Of a stretch of DNA of 64,000 nucleotides, positions 12,983 through 25,092 are shown in pieces; positions within the stretch are counted from its first letter, which is position 1, and each line of letters begins with the position of its first letter. The stretch lies in NCBI GenBank assembly GCA_047495785.1, contig JBLDXI010000010.1:496001-560000 (forward strand), written 5' to 3'. The translations under genes were made by a program, and so were the position numbers. Source of the stretch: Lepidodermella squamata (Eukaryota; Animalia; Gastrotricha). The notes beneath the pieces were generated by a model. It searched no databases. It was not told where the DNA came from and was given only the letters and a program-made list of their open reading frames with translations.

Positions 12983-15738
12983 ATGGCATCGAAAGTCTCA
13001 AACCGGCAATATGCTTTCAAGCTTTGTCCCGTGCTTTGGGTCCTCATCTCAATCAATTTCTTACTCATGGCTCGAGTTGAAAGCAATTTGAGCGATATCT
13101 TTGTGAAAAACTGCGATGGACCTGATATTTGCTGCGAAATCAGTCAAACTCAGCCTCTTTTCTTCCTTCTGACCCCACAACTACCAATGGACTTTCTTGC
13201 GAAGTTCATAAATGGAACCCAAGCTTTGTCCTTCAGTCCAGGATCAAAAGTCTACTCATTCGCAAGCGGCGGAGCCAACTTCAATTTTCAACTTCTTTTC
13301 GGTCGGAACATCGACTCGAAGCTAGCTGACGTTACCTTCGAAATTGCAGTTAAAAATTCAGCCTCCAGCAAACGTGCGAAAAGCTCATGCAGATTGTCTT
13401 GCCACCCTTCGATAAATCGAGTTATATGCGACGTACCGGATATCCGCGGCATTTGGCCAAAAGAGCTTACGGTGGATAAGACTACGGAACATCTCCTCGC
13501 AGTTCCATTCGATAGCCAAGGAAACTGTGGCGTCGGGTATGGCGACATTCCTGTATCTCTATGCTACGAGATAAGAATCAACGAAGATCGAGTGATTTTC
13601 CTGGCTACCGAGGCTCAACGAACTGACCTGCCCAAACTTCTGCGAGGCGTCGTTCCTCAGGAGATTATGGATAGGATTCTCAACTCTTTAAAGCCTATTA
13701 ATATCGACCAAGCGATTGTGTTTTTGCCCGACCCGATTGTTACAAGCGCGGCTAGAGTTGGCCAGAATTTGACTGTCATCAAAGGTTTGGGTCTCAGCAG
13801 CGACTCATCATTGGACACACGCTTCAACGTTCAGCTATCGGTGAGTGGGATCTCGGGGTATGTTAACTGCGACCCCTTAGATCCTCTAGACCCGGTCTAC
13901 CTTAAATACTACGAAAATCGGAACGACGCCTTTGAGGATAAGGAAATCCTCTGCATGTTCTGGGAAAAAGAGTTCAACAGCATGGCTGAACGCGGTAGAT
14001 CACTTGCATTCAACAACACTATTATCCGAATAAACGTCACTGTAACTGCTGGATTCTGGAAGGGTAATGCCACATTCCTCCACAAACTCGCCCCCTTGCC
14101 ACCCACGACTCCTTTGTCGCAAATCATTGTTCCCGCAGTTTTAGTGCCGGTTGGAACAATCGTTATCGCAATTATCATATTGACAGTTTGCCTCTGCATT
14201 CTTGCGAAGGGAACTTCGCCCGGTGTTAAAGACTTTGCGTCCAAGGTTAGGACAAAGTGCCCAATATCAAGCATGTAAGTCGAAACTACCATAATCGTTC
14301 TTTTTTAATTTTGATCTTTGTAACCTATCAGATGCCTTGGTCTTTCAAAGCCAGCCAGTGATATGCAAATGTCGCCAGTTTTTTCTCTCGACATTTTCCC
14401 GCCACATGTCGTAGCCACAATTCAAAGTCGCCGGATAAATTCTTCGGCGTTGCGAATTACTGGTGATATAGGCACTGGCCACTTCGGAAGTGTGAAGCGT
14501 GGAATTCTAACAGATCAAAGCAGTAGCCGCCGTTCGGAAAAGCCTGTCGCCGTTAAATTCATTCAAAGTAGGTTAGAAATAATTTTAGAGCTGTATGTGA
14601 CCGAGTTTTATTCCAGATTGCACTGATCAGAATCAGATGAAAGAGTTTTTCCAAGAGGCGATTCACATGTTTTCATTCGAGCACGTCAATGTTTTAGGGG
14701 CTTATGGCATTGTTTACGGTAACAACGAAGCCCCAGCTCTCGTTTTGCCCCTTATGGATGTTGGAGACCTTCGAAGATTCGTTCAAATCGCCCCGAATCA
14801 AGTCACGGATATGCTTATAGTGGATTTTGCGAAGCAAATTGCTGAAGGAATGGCGTACCTCGTAGCAAAAGGATTCGTTCATCGCGACCTAGCAGCGAGA
14901 AATTGCTTGTGAGTTATACCCATTTTATGTGGAATTAAACAAGAGTATGTAAAATCGTTCTCTGATAGGATCAACAAGCATCGAATGGTGAAAATCGCAG
15001 ATTTTGGCTTATCTCGACTGGCAACAAGCACAGACTACGACTACGTTCCAACGTATCCTGTTCAAATGCTACGTCGTCCAATGCCTATTAGGTGGATGGC
15101 ACCTGAGTGTATAGAAAACGGAATTTTTAGCGAGAAAACTGATGTCGTAAGTTTGACTCAATAAACTGCTGGACACATATCATTATATTCATCTTTCAGT
15201 GGTCTTTCGGAGTGCTGCTTTGGGAAATGGCATCAAAAGGATTGCGACCCTATACAAATCTCGAAACTCCCGTTGAAATAATTCGCCACGTTTGCGTCAC
15301 TAAACAGCTGCTACCCCAACTTCCGATGATTTCTGAAACGATGTATTCTTTGATGATCCGCTGCTGGAATCAGCAGGCCTCTTTGAGGCCAAAATTCACC
15401 GATATCGTAACAATCACCAAATTTCTTCTCAATGAACCTGACAGTCCTTTGTTCAACATTTCGGATGTACCGCGATCGGTGAGCTCAACAAACCGTGTTG
15501 CTATTATTTTATCTTATACTCTCGTTCTTTTCAGTCCGTAACAAGCGCGGAAGTGGAGGTATTCAACAACTTCCGCGATGCTCTAACTGTTGTGGCGGAG
15601 AGGGCCAACGAAACGGGCGATTCTAGCGGCAGCGCGCCGCAGCATGCGCCGATACCTAGTAGGCGAACAAGTGACGCCTCTCAGCAGGGTGTCGAGCGGT
15701 ACAGTGTAACTTCCACTGTTCAGCAACCGCCAGCATAA
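12983..15738 (+). CDS. MET/RON-like receptor tyrosine kinase 1 (2 IPT domains, TM, kinase). Exons 12983-14274, 14332-14567, 14617-14908, 14969-15146, 15200-15478, 15535-15738
   Basis: Signal peptide, SFASGG and FLPDPIV IPT motifs, TM, GTGHFG, VAVK, HRDLAARN, DFG, PIRWMAPE and DV|WSFG. All five introns are GT-AG, 49-60 nt and frame-preserving. Confidence 0.9.
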
Positions 15739-16469
15739 TTTGTGATCTAATTGATTTAGCTTTTACTTATTTTCATTGCTAAAGAAAGATAAAAGAAATA
15801 TGGCGAATTGGTCTTACTGTCTTACTAGCATGGCTAACAAAAAGAAGCAGTATTAAACGAATGCATTTGATTGATTCGGCAGGCGTCAGTGAATCCAGTG
15901 AATCATCAAATGAGCCGGTGTACACCTATGTGTAACTGTTTTGAACAATGAAAATCCTGGCACAAATTCAGAGGTTAATTAGGAAATGCTCCTTTTTCGG
16001 ATCTATTGCCTATTATAAGCTTGAAGTGTCTGCGTTCGTTGGGGGCATCGTTCTACTAAATTGCTCATTTGCTTATCATCAGGAAACTGCCGTGTCTCTT
16101 TCCTTAGCATGTAGTAAGTATACGGCAATATCAACTGTTAGAAAAATATACGTCATGAACGTCTGAGGTCGCATGCTTTCATACAGGATCAGCGTGCTGC
16201 CGCCTTACAATGTGGCAGCTTGAACGTTCTGCCACACACACCTGCGCAGAAAAAAGCATGCAATTACTATAGCTCAATGTGAAAAACTAACGAAAACAAA
16301 GGTAAAGCATCTTGGTTTAACATTCCCACTTATTATTATTGTCAAAAGGCTCAGTATTATACAGTGAAAGCAAACAAATTTCGTCTCTGACATCTCTATA
16401 TGGTGGCGTTACAACAATTTATAGGCAACAGTTAGCTCTGGCTTTGTATATCAAATCCGGGGTATTAAC

Positions 16470-19467
16470 ATGGCAATAACCACCGGATTGCCACTAATTA
16501 CCTTCATCTGCTTATCGAACTTAAATGTGATACTAACGGCCGCAAATGATCGACCGACGACGCCGAACGTCGAGTCTTTGCGCAAAAACTGGGCGTATAG
16601 GAGCGGTGGTACTGAGCTTGTAGCTGTCTTCACCCGACGCAGCGCTTTTCATCTCATCAACAATACGATGCCCGAGGTGAAGTTAGTCCTGCACTACGTG
16701 AGCGGCTCAAGTAGCTCGAACCTATTGGAAAATGCTGAAACTGGCGGCGATGGCATAGTAAACGGTACAGATGTGGATGAGTCTCTTGATGACAGTGTAG
16801 CTACGCCTCAACCTGAAACTTCCATTTCTCCTAGCACGAAAACTGAAACTGTTGAAGCACCCTGTCGGCAGCTTACCGGATTAAACCGTTTACCGGAATA
16901 CGCATGCGTTGTGCCAAATATTTCCGAATTTTTCCCGAATTTTACTGCTGCAGATAGGAACAACATCGGGAAGGTGCTACTTGCGCTGCCACTTCAGATT
17001 GATAGTTGTGATAACCCGCAAACCGCAGGACTTTGCTTCGGAATTTATGTGAACGGGCAATTAGCGGGATTACGAAAAGTTCAGCGAAAGCTCCCTAGCT
17101 CTCACGAAGCAACTATGCGGCGAAGAATGTTTTCAATAATCTACAACCCTGATCCTGTGGTTACATCCATCAGCCTCCTTCATCCCAACAATTTACTTAC
17201 AGTCTACGGATCGGGATTCGATTGGGAAAGCGATCCCATTATCTTTCAACCGGAGTTCCAGTTCTTTGCAAACATCCCGTCTCGAAATGAGTCGTTTCAG
17301 ATCTTGTGCAATGTAACCTACAAAAACTCGAACGACAACGGTGTCACATGTGTCCATGATAAGATGACCTTATTCCCGTACACTATGAGGGGAGAAAACA
17401 TTCAAATAACGGTACGAAGTTACAACTGAAATTATTTTTCGAAATTATTACTCTTCATTTCAACGGGTTACACAGATCAAAATGGGCGACTGGTCATCGA
17501 CACAGCTATTGGATGTCGAAATGAAAAAACCGCCGATGCCCCCACCCATGCCCCCACCGCCATTCATTGTTCCACCCTTCAGAGGAGAGTGGGATAGAAA
17601 TTGGGGTGACAGACCTGGCCCCGATCGCAGGGGTCCGCCAAGAGATATGGGACCTGGCCCCGATCCAAGAGGTCCGCCGAGAGACTTTGATGAAGGAAAG
17701 AGGAAGGTATGTATTTCCGGTGTAAGATGTGCTCTTTTCCTATCAATTCCTATCAATCTTCCCATAGGAATTCGAGCGAATATTCATGAACGAATCAAGA
17801 TTGTTCAAACCACCAGATATGGACCGAAATATAACATATCCACCAGAGCGGTTCGGAAAAGGACCCTCCCCCGAATACCTGGTCAAAATCATCGTCCCAA
17901 TAAGTACCGTGCTGCTGGCTGTTTTGGCGGGCATCGCACTCTTATTTTGCTTGAAGCGGACTCCGCTACGAAAGACCAAGTTTTTCCGAACAATTTTCCC
18001 ACCAAAAGCGGTTACGCACAAGTAATATTTCCGTGACACAAAGCTTCATGCATAATTTCTCGTTTTCTCCTACTACTAGATTGGATCACATCATTGAGAA
18101 AGAGATGCATAAATTTTCGCTGGAGCTTCTACCACCTGACATGCTAGAAACTCTTAAACAACACCAAATCGATAAAACAAGGTTAATGGTCAGTGGGAAC
18201 GATCTTGGCGAGGGCTTCTTTGGCATCGTCAAATCTGCAATCATGTACCCGCCGCGATCAGCTAAAGCTCCCCTTTCGGCCACGCTATCCAACCCGGAAC
18301 GTAAGGTTCCCCATCGTCGCTCTAACGAGGACAACCTACCCCAAAAAGTGGCGATTAAATCAATCCAAAGTAAGAAACTTACTAAATCCTTGTTTGTTAG
18401 CAACTCATTCGAAATGCTTTTCAGGATATGAGAACCTTGAAAGGATGAAGGAGTTCTTTGAAGAGGCTATCATAATGTTCTCGTTCAATCATATCAACGT
18501 TCTCTCTGCTATTGGATTCGTTGATGACGTCGATGGTTTCCCCGGCATAGTTTTACCTTATATGGACGGAGGAAATCTACATCAGTTCGTCAAGACAAGC
18601 GATCGTTTCGATGACGCTATGCTGTACGACTTTGCCCACCAAATCGCCAAGGGAATGACGTATCTATCTAATCTGAAACTTGTACACAGAGATTTAGCCG
18701 CTCGCAACTGCCTGTAAGTTAACATTGGTTCATTAACCTTTATATGCTGTCATCTTGTTCGCTAAAGGCTTAACAAGAAACTTATCGTAAAAGTTTCCGA
18801 TTTCGGTCTAACCCGGCACTCTCAGACCGTGAACTACGACTACGGCCTACCCCAGTACGAAGTTGTCAGCCAGCACCGCCCACTGCCCATAAGATGGCTA
18901 GCACCTGAGTGTTTGGAAACGGGGCGATTCAGTGAGAAATCTGACGTCTGGTCGTTTGGAGTCCTGCTTTGGGAATTAGCCACAAAGGGCGCCAGACCTT
19001 ACGGCGATTTCGACTCTGCTCGAGTCGTCTCGTTCGTCCGCTTCGACAACGGCCGGCTATCTAAAACTGCCGATATGTCAAGCGATCTTTACGACGTAAT
19101 GCAGCAATGCTGGCGAACTCATTCATCAGAGCGACCTTCCTTCACCGACCTTGTCGAAACCTTCCGTTTCATGTTAGAGGAAGTAGGCCACGTGGAAGAC
19201 TATTGCGATCCTGCTCTTAGCTACATCTCCGATAACGGGCGTATGGCTCTGGAGAAAACAAGCTCTTTGGACAGCCAAGTTGCCTCCCTTCGAAGTATGA
19301 GTACCAATGTCACCATGATCCCTATAATGGATACAGCTGATAGTGGGTACCTTGAGGTCATCCGGAGCGACAGTATGAGCTCGGGCAGTAATTCGTCATC
19401 TTTCAAATTGAAGCCGATACCGGTGGAATCAGGCAATAATCCAATGTTTTCTCATGAAGAGGCATAA
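16470..19467 (+). CDS. MET/RON-like receptor tyrosine kinase 2. Exons 16470-17411, 17476-17706, 17768-18021, 18080-18369, 18425-18713, 18768-19467
   Basis: Signal peptide, AYRSGG and YNPDPVV motifs, Pro-rich stalk, TM, GEGFFG, VAIK, HRDLAARN, DFG and PIRWLAPE. Introns of 54-64 nt keep the frame. Confidence 0.9.
17612..17689 (+). repeat. Two-copy 39-bp coding tandem repeat (PGPDxRGPPRD) in the RTK2 stalk
   Basis: gacctggccccgatc occurs at 17612 and 17651. Confidence 0.85.
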
Positions 19468-20339
19468 AAATTAATATCTCGTTTTTTATATATTACGGCT
19501 CTTTCGTAGTTAACTTATAGATTTTTATTTTACCGGTGAAATTGTCATTAAAATGGATGTTGAAATTTGTTGGTTTTTTTCAGAATATCTTTTCGCGGAA
19601 CTTAATTTACCTGATGCGGAGCCAAATTCGACTGTAGCGTAACCAAATTTTAGATTAGCAGAAGGTCGATTTCCGAACATTTCTATGATTTTAGAGCAAT
19701 GTAGGAATTCTATAGTGAAGAATGCGTCCATACACAGAATTTTACGCTGAATCTAGCCATGATATATTTTAAATTACACTGATCAATCATGACATTCTTG
19801 AAATTTTCGAAAAGTGGTTTTAGGCCCATTGAAAATTCCTAAATTTGGTTCCGCTGCAAAGACCCGTTTTTTTCTTGAAAAATGAACTGCCAAAAAACGA
19901 CATGGTATACCGTGACGTATAAAAATGCTGCTGTCTCCCGCGTTACGAGGTTAATTCTGTAATAAAAAAAGGAATATTCCAGGCGAAAAAACATCCACAC
20001 ATGCGCTTTATTTCATTATATTTATAACGGTTATTACACATTAAAAAGCAGTTAGGCATCGTAATAAGGCGGCTACTAGAGTAATTATAATTATTCGATA
20101 TAAATAAAATGCAGAGATAATATAAGCAAAAAAATCGAATAGTGAAGATGACGCTAAAAGAACCGGAATTTTCCTTAAGCAAAATTTGGAAATCAAACCG
20201 AAAGTCCGATTTTATCGCAAAAGCTTTGAAATTTGTGAAATTGGATTTTTTTTGTAAAAATCGAACAAAAAAGCACACGCGGGTTATAATTACTATCAAA
20301 AAATTTGCAAAAGAAGAGCGATACAAAAAAGCGAGTTTT

Positions 20340-23300
20340 TCACGACTGGTCAGAATCCGACCCAGACGAGCCGATGGCCAGGGTTGAATTCGACACACCC
20401 GAGCCTGGGGTTGTCGAATTTTTACCGATCAGACCCCACAAACTGATAGCAGACAGCGCTCGGTTGATGGCCGACTGCCACTCGTAAAAGTCCTGCTTCG
20501 TATCGGCGGCGAACCACAGGCTGGGGTTGTGCGTTGCCTGGTCGTAACTCGACGTGACCGAGCTAGAGGAGGACGCGCCCGACCCAGCCGCTGCGTTCGC
20601 GTTGAGGAGCAGTTCCAGGGTCCACGGCCTCGCGCAGTTGTAGGGCGACACCTGTTTCGCCTCGGAGCAGGTCGGCGCGACGTTGTGCAGGTCGAAGCAG
20701 GGCAGCGGCGGGCTGGGGTTCGCCGGGTCCGCGTCCGGTTCCGAGTAGAAGAAAATTTCAGTAGTCCTGAGGTGCGCCCAGCGGCGGTGCCAGGCCGGCA
20801 GGGAGGCGCCGGTTGAATTTGTGAATAGGGTCAGGAAACCGCTGTGTTCAATCGGGGCGGAGAGGGCGCAACGGGCGCGGAACTTGACCGACGGCATGAG
20901 CGGCCATTTCATGGGCATGCGGGGCAGCGAGACGGAGGCGAGGCCGCGCGGGCTGGTCGCGGCCTGGCGGATGATTTCGCGCGTGATTGCGGCCGTGTCG
21001 ACGCAGTAGAAGGCGGAGCCGAGGCAGGGCGCGGCCTGGGTGCTGCTCGGGATGGCGTGGTGCGGCGGCGACGTCGGGTGGTGTGAGCCTAGAATATGGG
21101 TTAAGGCATCGCCCAAAATAGGTACCTTTAGGGATTTAATGGCGGCTAAGCAACTGAGATCCGCACCTGTTTTCTTGTGCTTCGACAACGTGTCGTAAGC
21201 GGCTGGCACGTCGCGCGGCAGCGTCTGAAAAAATTACATAAAAATAAATTAAAATAAATGTCTTCAACAGCAATCGAGCGTTCATTCACAAGCAACAAGA
21301 AAGAAAAATTAGTAATATCTAAATGTTAGATGTTAGATTTCTACAATTATTCAAGCCCGTTAGTCGATTTTCACGCGATGTTAATTTCAAGCAGAAGATA
21401 GAGCGTAGCATTATAAAATTATAATTGTTTTCAACGTCGCTGAGTTCAGCGGACCATTTCTGGCGGACCACACTAATCACCCCTAATATCCTAACCACGG
21501 ATACCATCGAAGTGTGCCACTTGAGTGCCAATTGTAGCAAGGTGTGGCGCATCTATTGAGACTAATAATGACCGAAAATTGCATTCCATCTTAACAAGGG
21601 GCTGATTTAAATTTAAATTTCAAGAATTTGTCGAAAATTTTAACAGAAAAAATGCATGAGCATAATTAATAAATTATTCGGAGAATCGGTATAGAATGCA
21701 AATTCTCGTAAATTTCCAAAGATATTATGTCAAGTCTTCATCATTTCAAAGCTCATTCTCTGAATTTTTCAAGGCGGCTGATGCTGTGTGATTAAATTCC
21801 ATCTTTGAAAGAAAAGGGATCTGAGACAAAAGAAACACTTCCCTTAATCTAGAACCATAATATCTCCCTATTTCGAACCCTGATAACCTTTTCAATTCAG
21901 CTACCCTAACACGTCATTTTCAGAGAGGAAAATAAATTTAGGGGTCTAGCTCTAAATTTGAAGCTACAGCACTAGATTTTCCCCAAAATACGGATTTTCG
22001 AGTTTTACAACAACTTGGAATTTCTTATTATCAAGCCGAACGATAGACCTATTACACACATTTAGCGCTAGTCGGTCATATTACGAGTTATAATTCAGCC
22101 TGAAGTGCCGATATCAATTCTTATCCAAAACGGTTGATTGATTTGAAAAATCAATCAACCGTTTTGGATAAGAAAATCTACCCGAAATTGAATTTTTCAA
22201 CTAGACTATTTCAAAAGCTCGTCTGCCTGATCTGCCTGATTTTTCAATTACTGTGAATTTGACTCATATTTTGATCCTGTTCGCCGCAAAATCACGAAAA
22301 TGTTAGTAGGATGCATATTGATCTTACCAATCCGTAAATTGAGATCTTCATGTTGAGCTCATTGTCGCGATTTTCTCCCTCACCGCCGCCCATCGCCCGC
22401 ACATCGGAGAATTGCAGCATATTAGGGAATTGGATGCAGCCATCGCGCGCCTCGTCCGTTCCGATGCACACCGTATGCAAAACAGTCGGCCCGTGGCGCA
22501 GCAAAATTATGAAGTAGTAAATCTCTCCAGAATCGCCTAAAGATTATTTTCAAAAAAATTAATTAAAAATTTTGAAGTGATCAGGATTTTCGCGTAAATT
22601 ACCAGCGTTGATTTGCCGCATTCTGAATTCGTGTTTCAGCTGCAACTGAATGTCGGAGATGGTAACAGTTACCGGCGGGATGGCATTTTCCGATTTCTCA
22701 ACAATTGTGGCACGACGAGTTCCAACTCGCTTGATTTCGGAATGAATCGCCTGAAAAAAGGAAAACAAATTAGGAGATAATTTACAATTTTCGTAAATTA
22801 AATGAAATCATGAGATCTCGACGCAAAGAAAAATCAGAGAAATTCGGATTCATTTAACATTTTAAAAACAGAGTGTCCACAAGTCTCGCGACCATTTTAC
22901 AATTTTGATACGTTCAGCATGAAATTTATCAATTTTTCCATCATTTTTCTATCAGGAGCATCTCCAATCCTTTGCCCGCTATTTCAAAATTCGCAGAAAT
23001 TACAAATTTACCCGTGAATACCCGATGGTAACTGATTTGGTAATTTTCGGTATTTTAACCGGATTGACCAAATTTCTCCGAACTTATCAGTTTCCAGTCA
23101 GAAAAAAAATTGCAATGCATTATTTTCCCAGATTAATTGAAAGGAAACTGGATTTCTATCAAATTATTCCTCCAGAATTTAAAGAATCAACGGGGCTAAA
23201 ATCCCTTTAGATTGTTTCTAAGAGGTAAATTTCGATATTTCTAAATTTTGTAGATAATATAAAACAAATGGAGACCTTCCGACGCTCGTTTGCAACAAGT

Positions 23301-25092
23301 AGAACGCGATAAAATTCAGCCTCGGCGAGTGATCCAACCGTAGAACTGGTCGAGCTGCTACTCGAATGCGGCTCCACTTTCGTAGCCCCACCGAAAAAGT
23401 GGCCAATACCAAGTTTCGACTTCTTCTTCGCCGACGCTAAATGCTCCTGGCGCCTGGCCTGGCACTCTAACAGCGCCTTCATCGTTTGCTGGATAACATT
23501 GTCCTGAACAACAAGCTGCCGTTTCAACTCCCGTTCACGCTCCTCCTGCCACGACTCCTTTTTCGCACTGCTTTTCCTCGACGTCAAATTAGGCTGTTGA
23601 TCAGTTTGAGTTTGCTCACTGATCGTCTCCTCAGATTCGTCCTCTTCATCCTCAGAGCTAGCGAAAGACAGCGAATCAATCGCATCGCCTTCATCCGCCT
23701 CGCTATTATCACCATTCCGGCGTGAATTGTTGCGATTAACCGCAGCGTGGATGTCTTCCATCGAATTCCAGGCCGAAGTTGAGTCGGTACTAACCGCGTC
23801 CGAGTAATAATTCGTCGCCCCAAACGACCGGCCTCGAGGAGGCGGCGGCGGGGCGGCGTTAATAGGCGCAACTTCATCCTCCTCCTCGTCATCTTCCTCA
23901 CTGATTTCCTGATCCTCCTGCTGGATAATCGCCTCAACTTGTTGCCTAGCTTTCGAGACCAGCTCGTTAATATCATCCTCATCCTCGTCACTCCCCGCCT
24001 CTGAGCTAGATGAATCGTAATTTTTGCTCGGCGAGGGTCGGGTTATTCCAGATCGGCTGATTCCACTAGGTGGTAATCGGTTCGTATCAGGAATTAAGGC
24101 GGCTCGAGAAACGCCCAAGGCCGGTTCAGCTCGGACAGTTAACGGGCTGAGTTGAACAGCAGCAACGCCGCTGCTTTCCATCTGAAATCCCAAGGCCTCG
24201 AGCTTGCCTTCGAAACTCAACCGCATGTCTTTGATATTCGACCCTGAGCGATTGTGACCGTAGTTTTGCTGATGGTGGAGGATGACGGTAGGTGCGGCGT
24301 GGAGAGGCGGCGGAACAGGCGGTGGGATTTCGCTTTCTGAAGTCGAAGGAGCTGTTTGATAATCCCCCGTGCTAGACGAGCTGTCGTCATTTGACGCCGG
24401 CGAGTAAGACCTGATATTAGCCGCTCTTTTCGCGATTTGAGTTGTAAGAGGAGAGCCCTAAACGTCAGAACTGTCATTACATGAATTCAAAGATATCAAG
24501 AGTACTTACGCTCCTACTTCTCCTTTTATTTGAAGATGGAGTGGACCGAGCTTGAGCTGCTTCTTCTCGACATCGCTGCTCCCACAAGGCTGCGACTTTA
24601 GATACGGGGCGACTGGCTATCGCTGCAGCAGCGCATTCATCTGGCAGTGGTTGGTTATTTGCGTGAGGCATAGCCGGTGTGTTGGCAGGTGCTCTAGGGA
24701 AGTTAGAAGCTGGCGTACCTGATCAAAAAAAGATAAAATCTGCGAAATCTTGAACAATTTAGTCTTACGATTGACTGAAGATAACACTGATTTTGATGGC
24801 ATCTGATTATTGGACTGGGGTGTTTTGGAGGGTATTCTTGGCAAAGCGCTCGCTGATTTGGGCGGCGATTGCTTCTGGCTGTTGATCATATTGGCTGCAT
24901 TTGATACAGAAATTCCGCTAGATGACTTTGACGCGGATGAGCTTGTGTCCTCTACTTCCACCTGCTGGTAGTGCTTGGCAAGTTCGGCTAACCTCTGCTT
25001 CAAGCCACTGCCATTTTCTAAAGAAAACGGATGTTTTAGTATAAACTCAGCGATCTTAAAAGCCACAAACCTTTTGTAGAAATATTATCCAT
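20340..25092 (-). CDS. ANLN: Anillin. Exons approx. 25092-25071, 25017-24769, 24718-24510, 24457-23276, 22750-22603, 22536-22328, 21224-20340
   Basis: Low-complexity N-terminus, RBD (QDNVIQQTMKAL...EAEFYRVLLVANERRK|AIHSEIKR), C2/anillin-homology segment (VTISDIQLQLK, YFIILLRHG, ISIYGL) and a C-terminal PH domain (HSGFLT, WHRRW, CARPWTLEL, FAADTK...W). Confidence 0.88.
22118..22174. repeat. Perfect 27-bp inverted repeat with a 3-nt loop, inside an anillin intron
   Basis: ttcttatccaaaacggttgattgattt-gaa-aaatcaatcaaccgttttggataagaa. Confidence 0.95.

Noticed and set aside
12983-19467. Fragmented kinase ORFs as pseudogenes or frameshifts
   Set aside because: Every break is explained by a 49-64 nt GT-AG intron that preserves the frame.
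20529-21086. Plus-strand ORFs over anillin, and similar antisense ORFs over CDC40, galaxin, VWA and UGT
   Set aside because: These are shadow ORFs of GC-rich coding exons.
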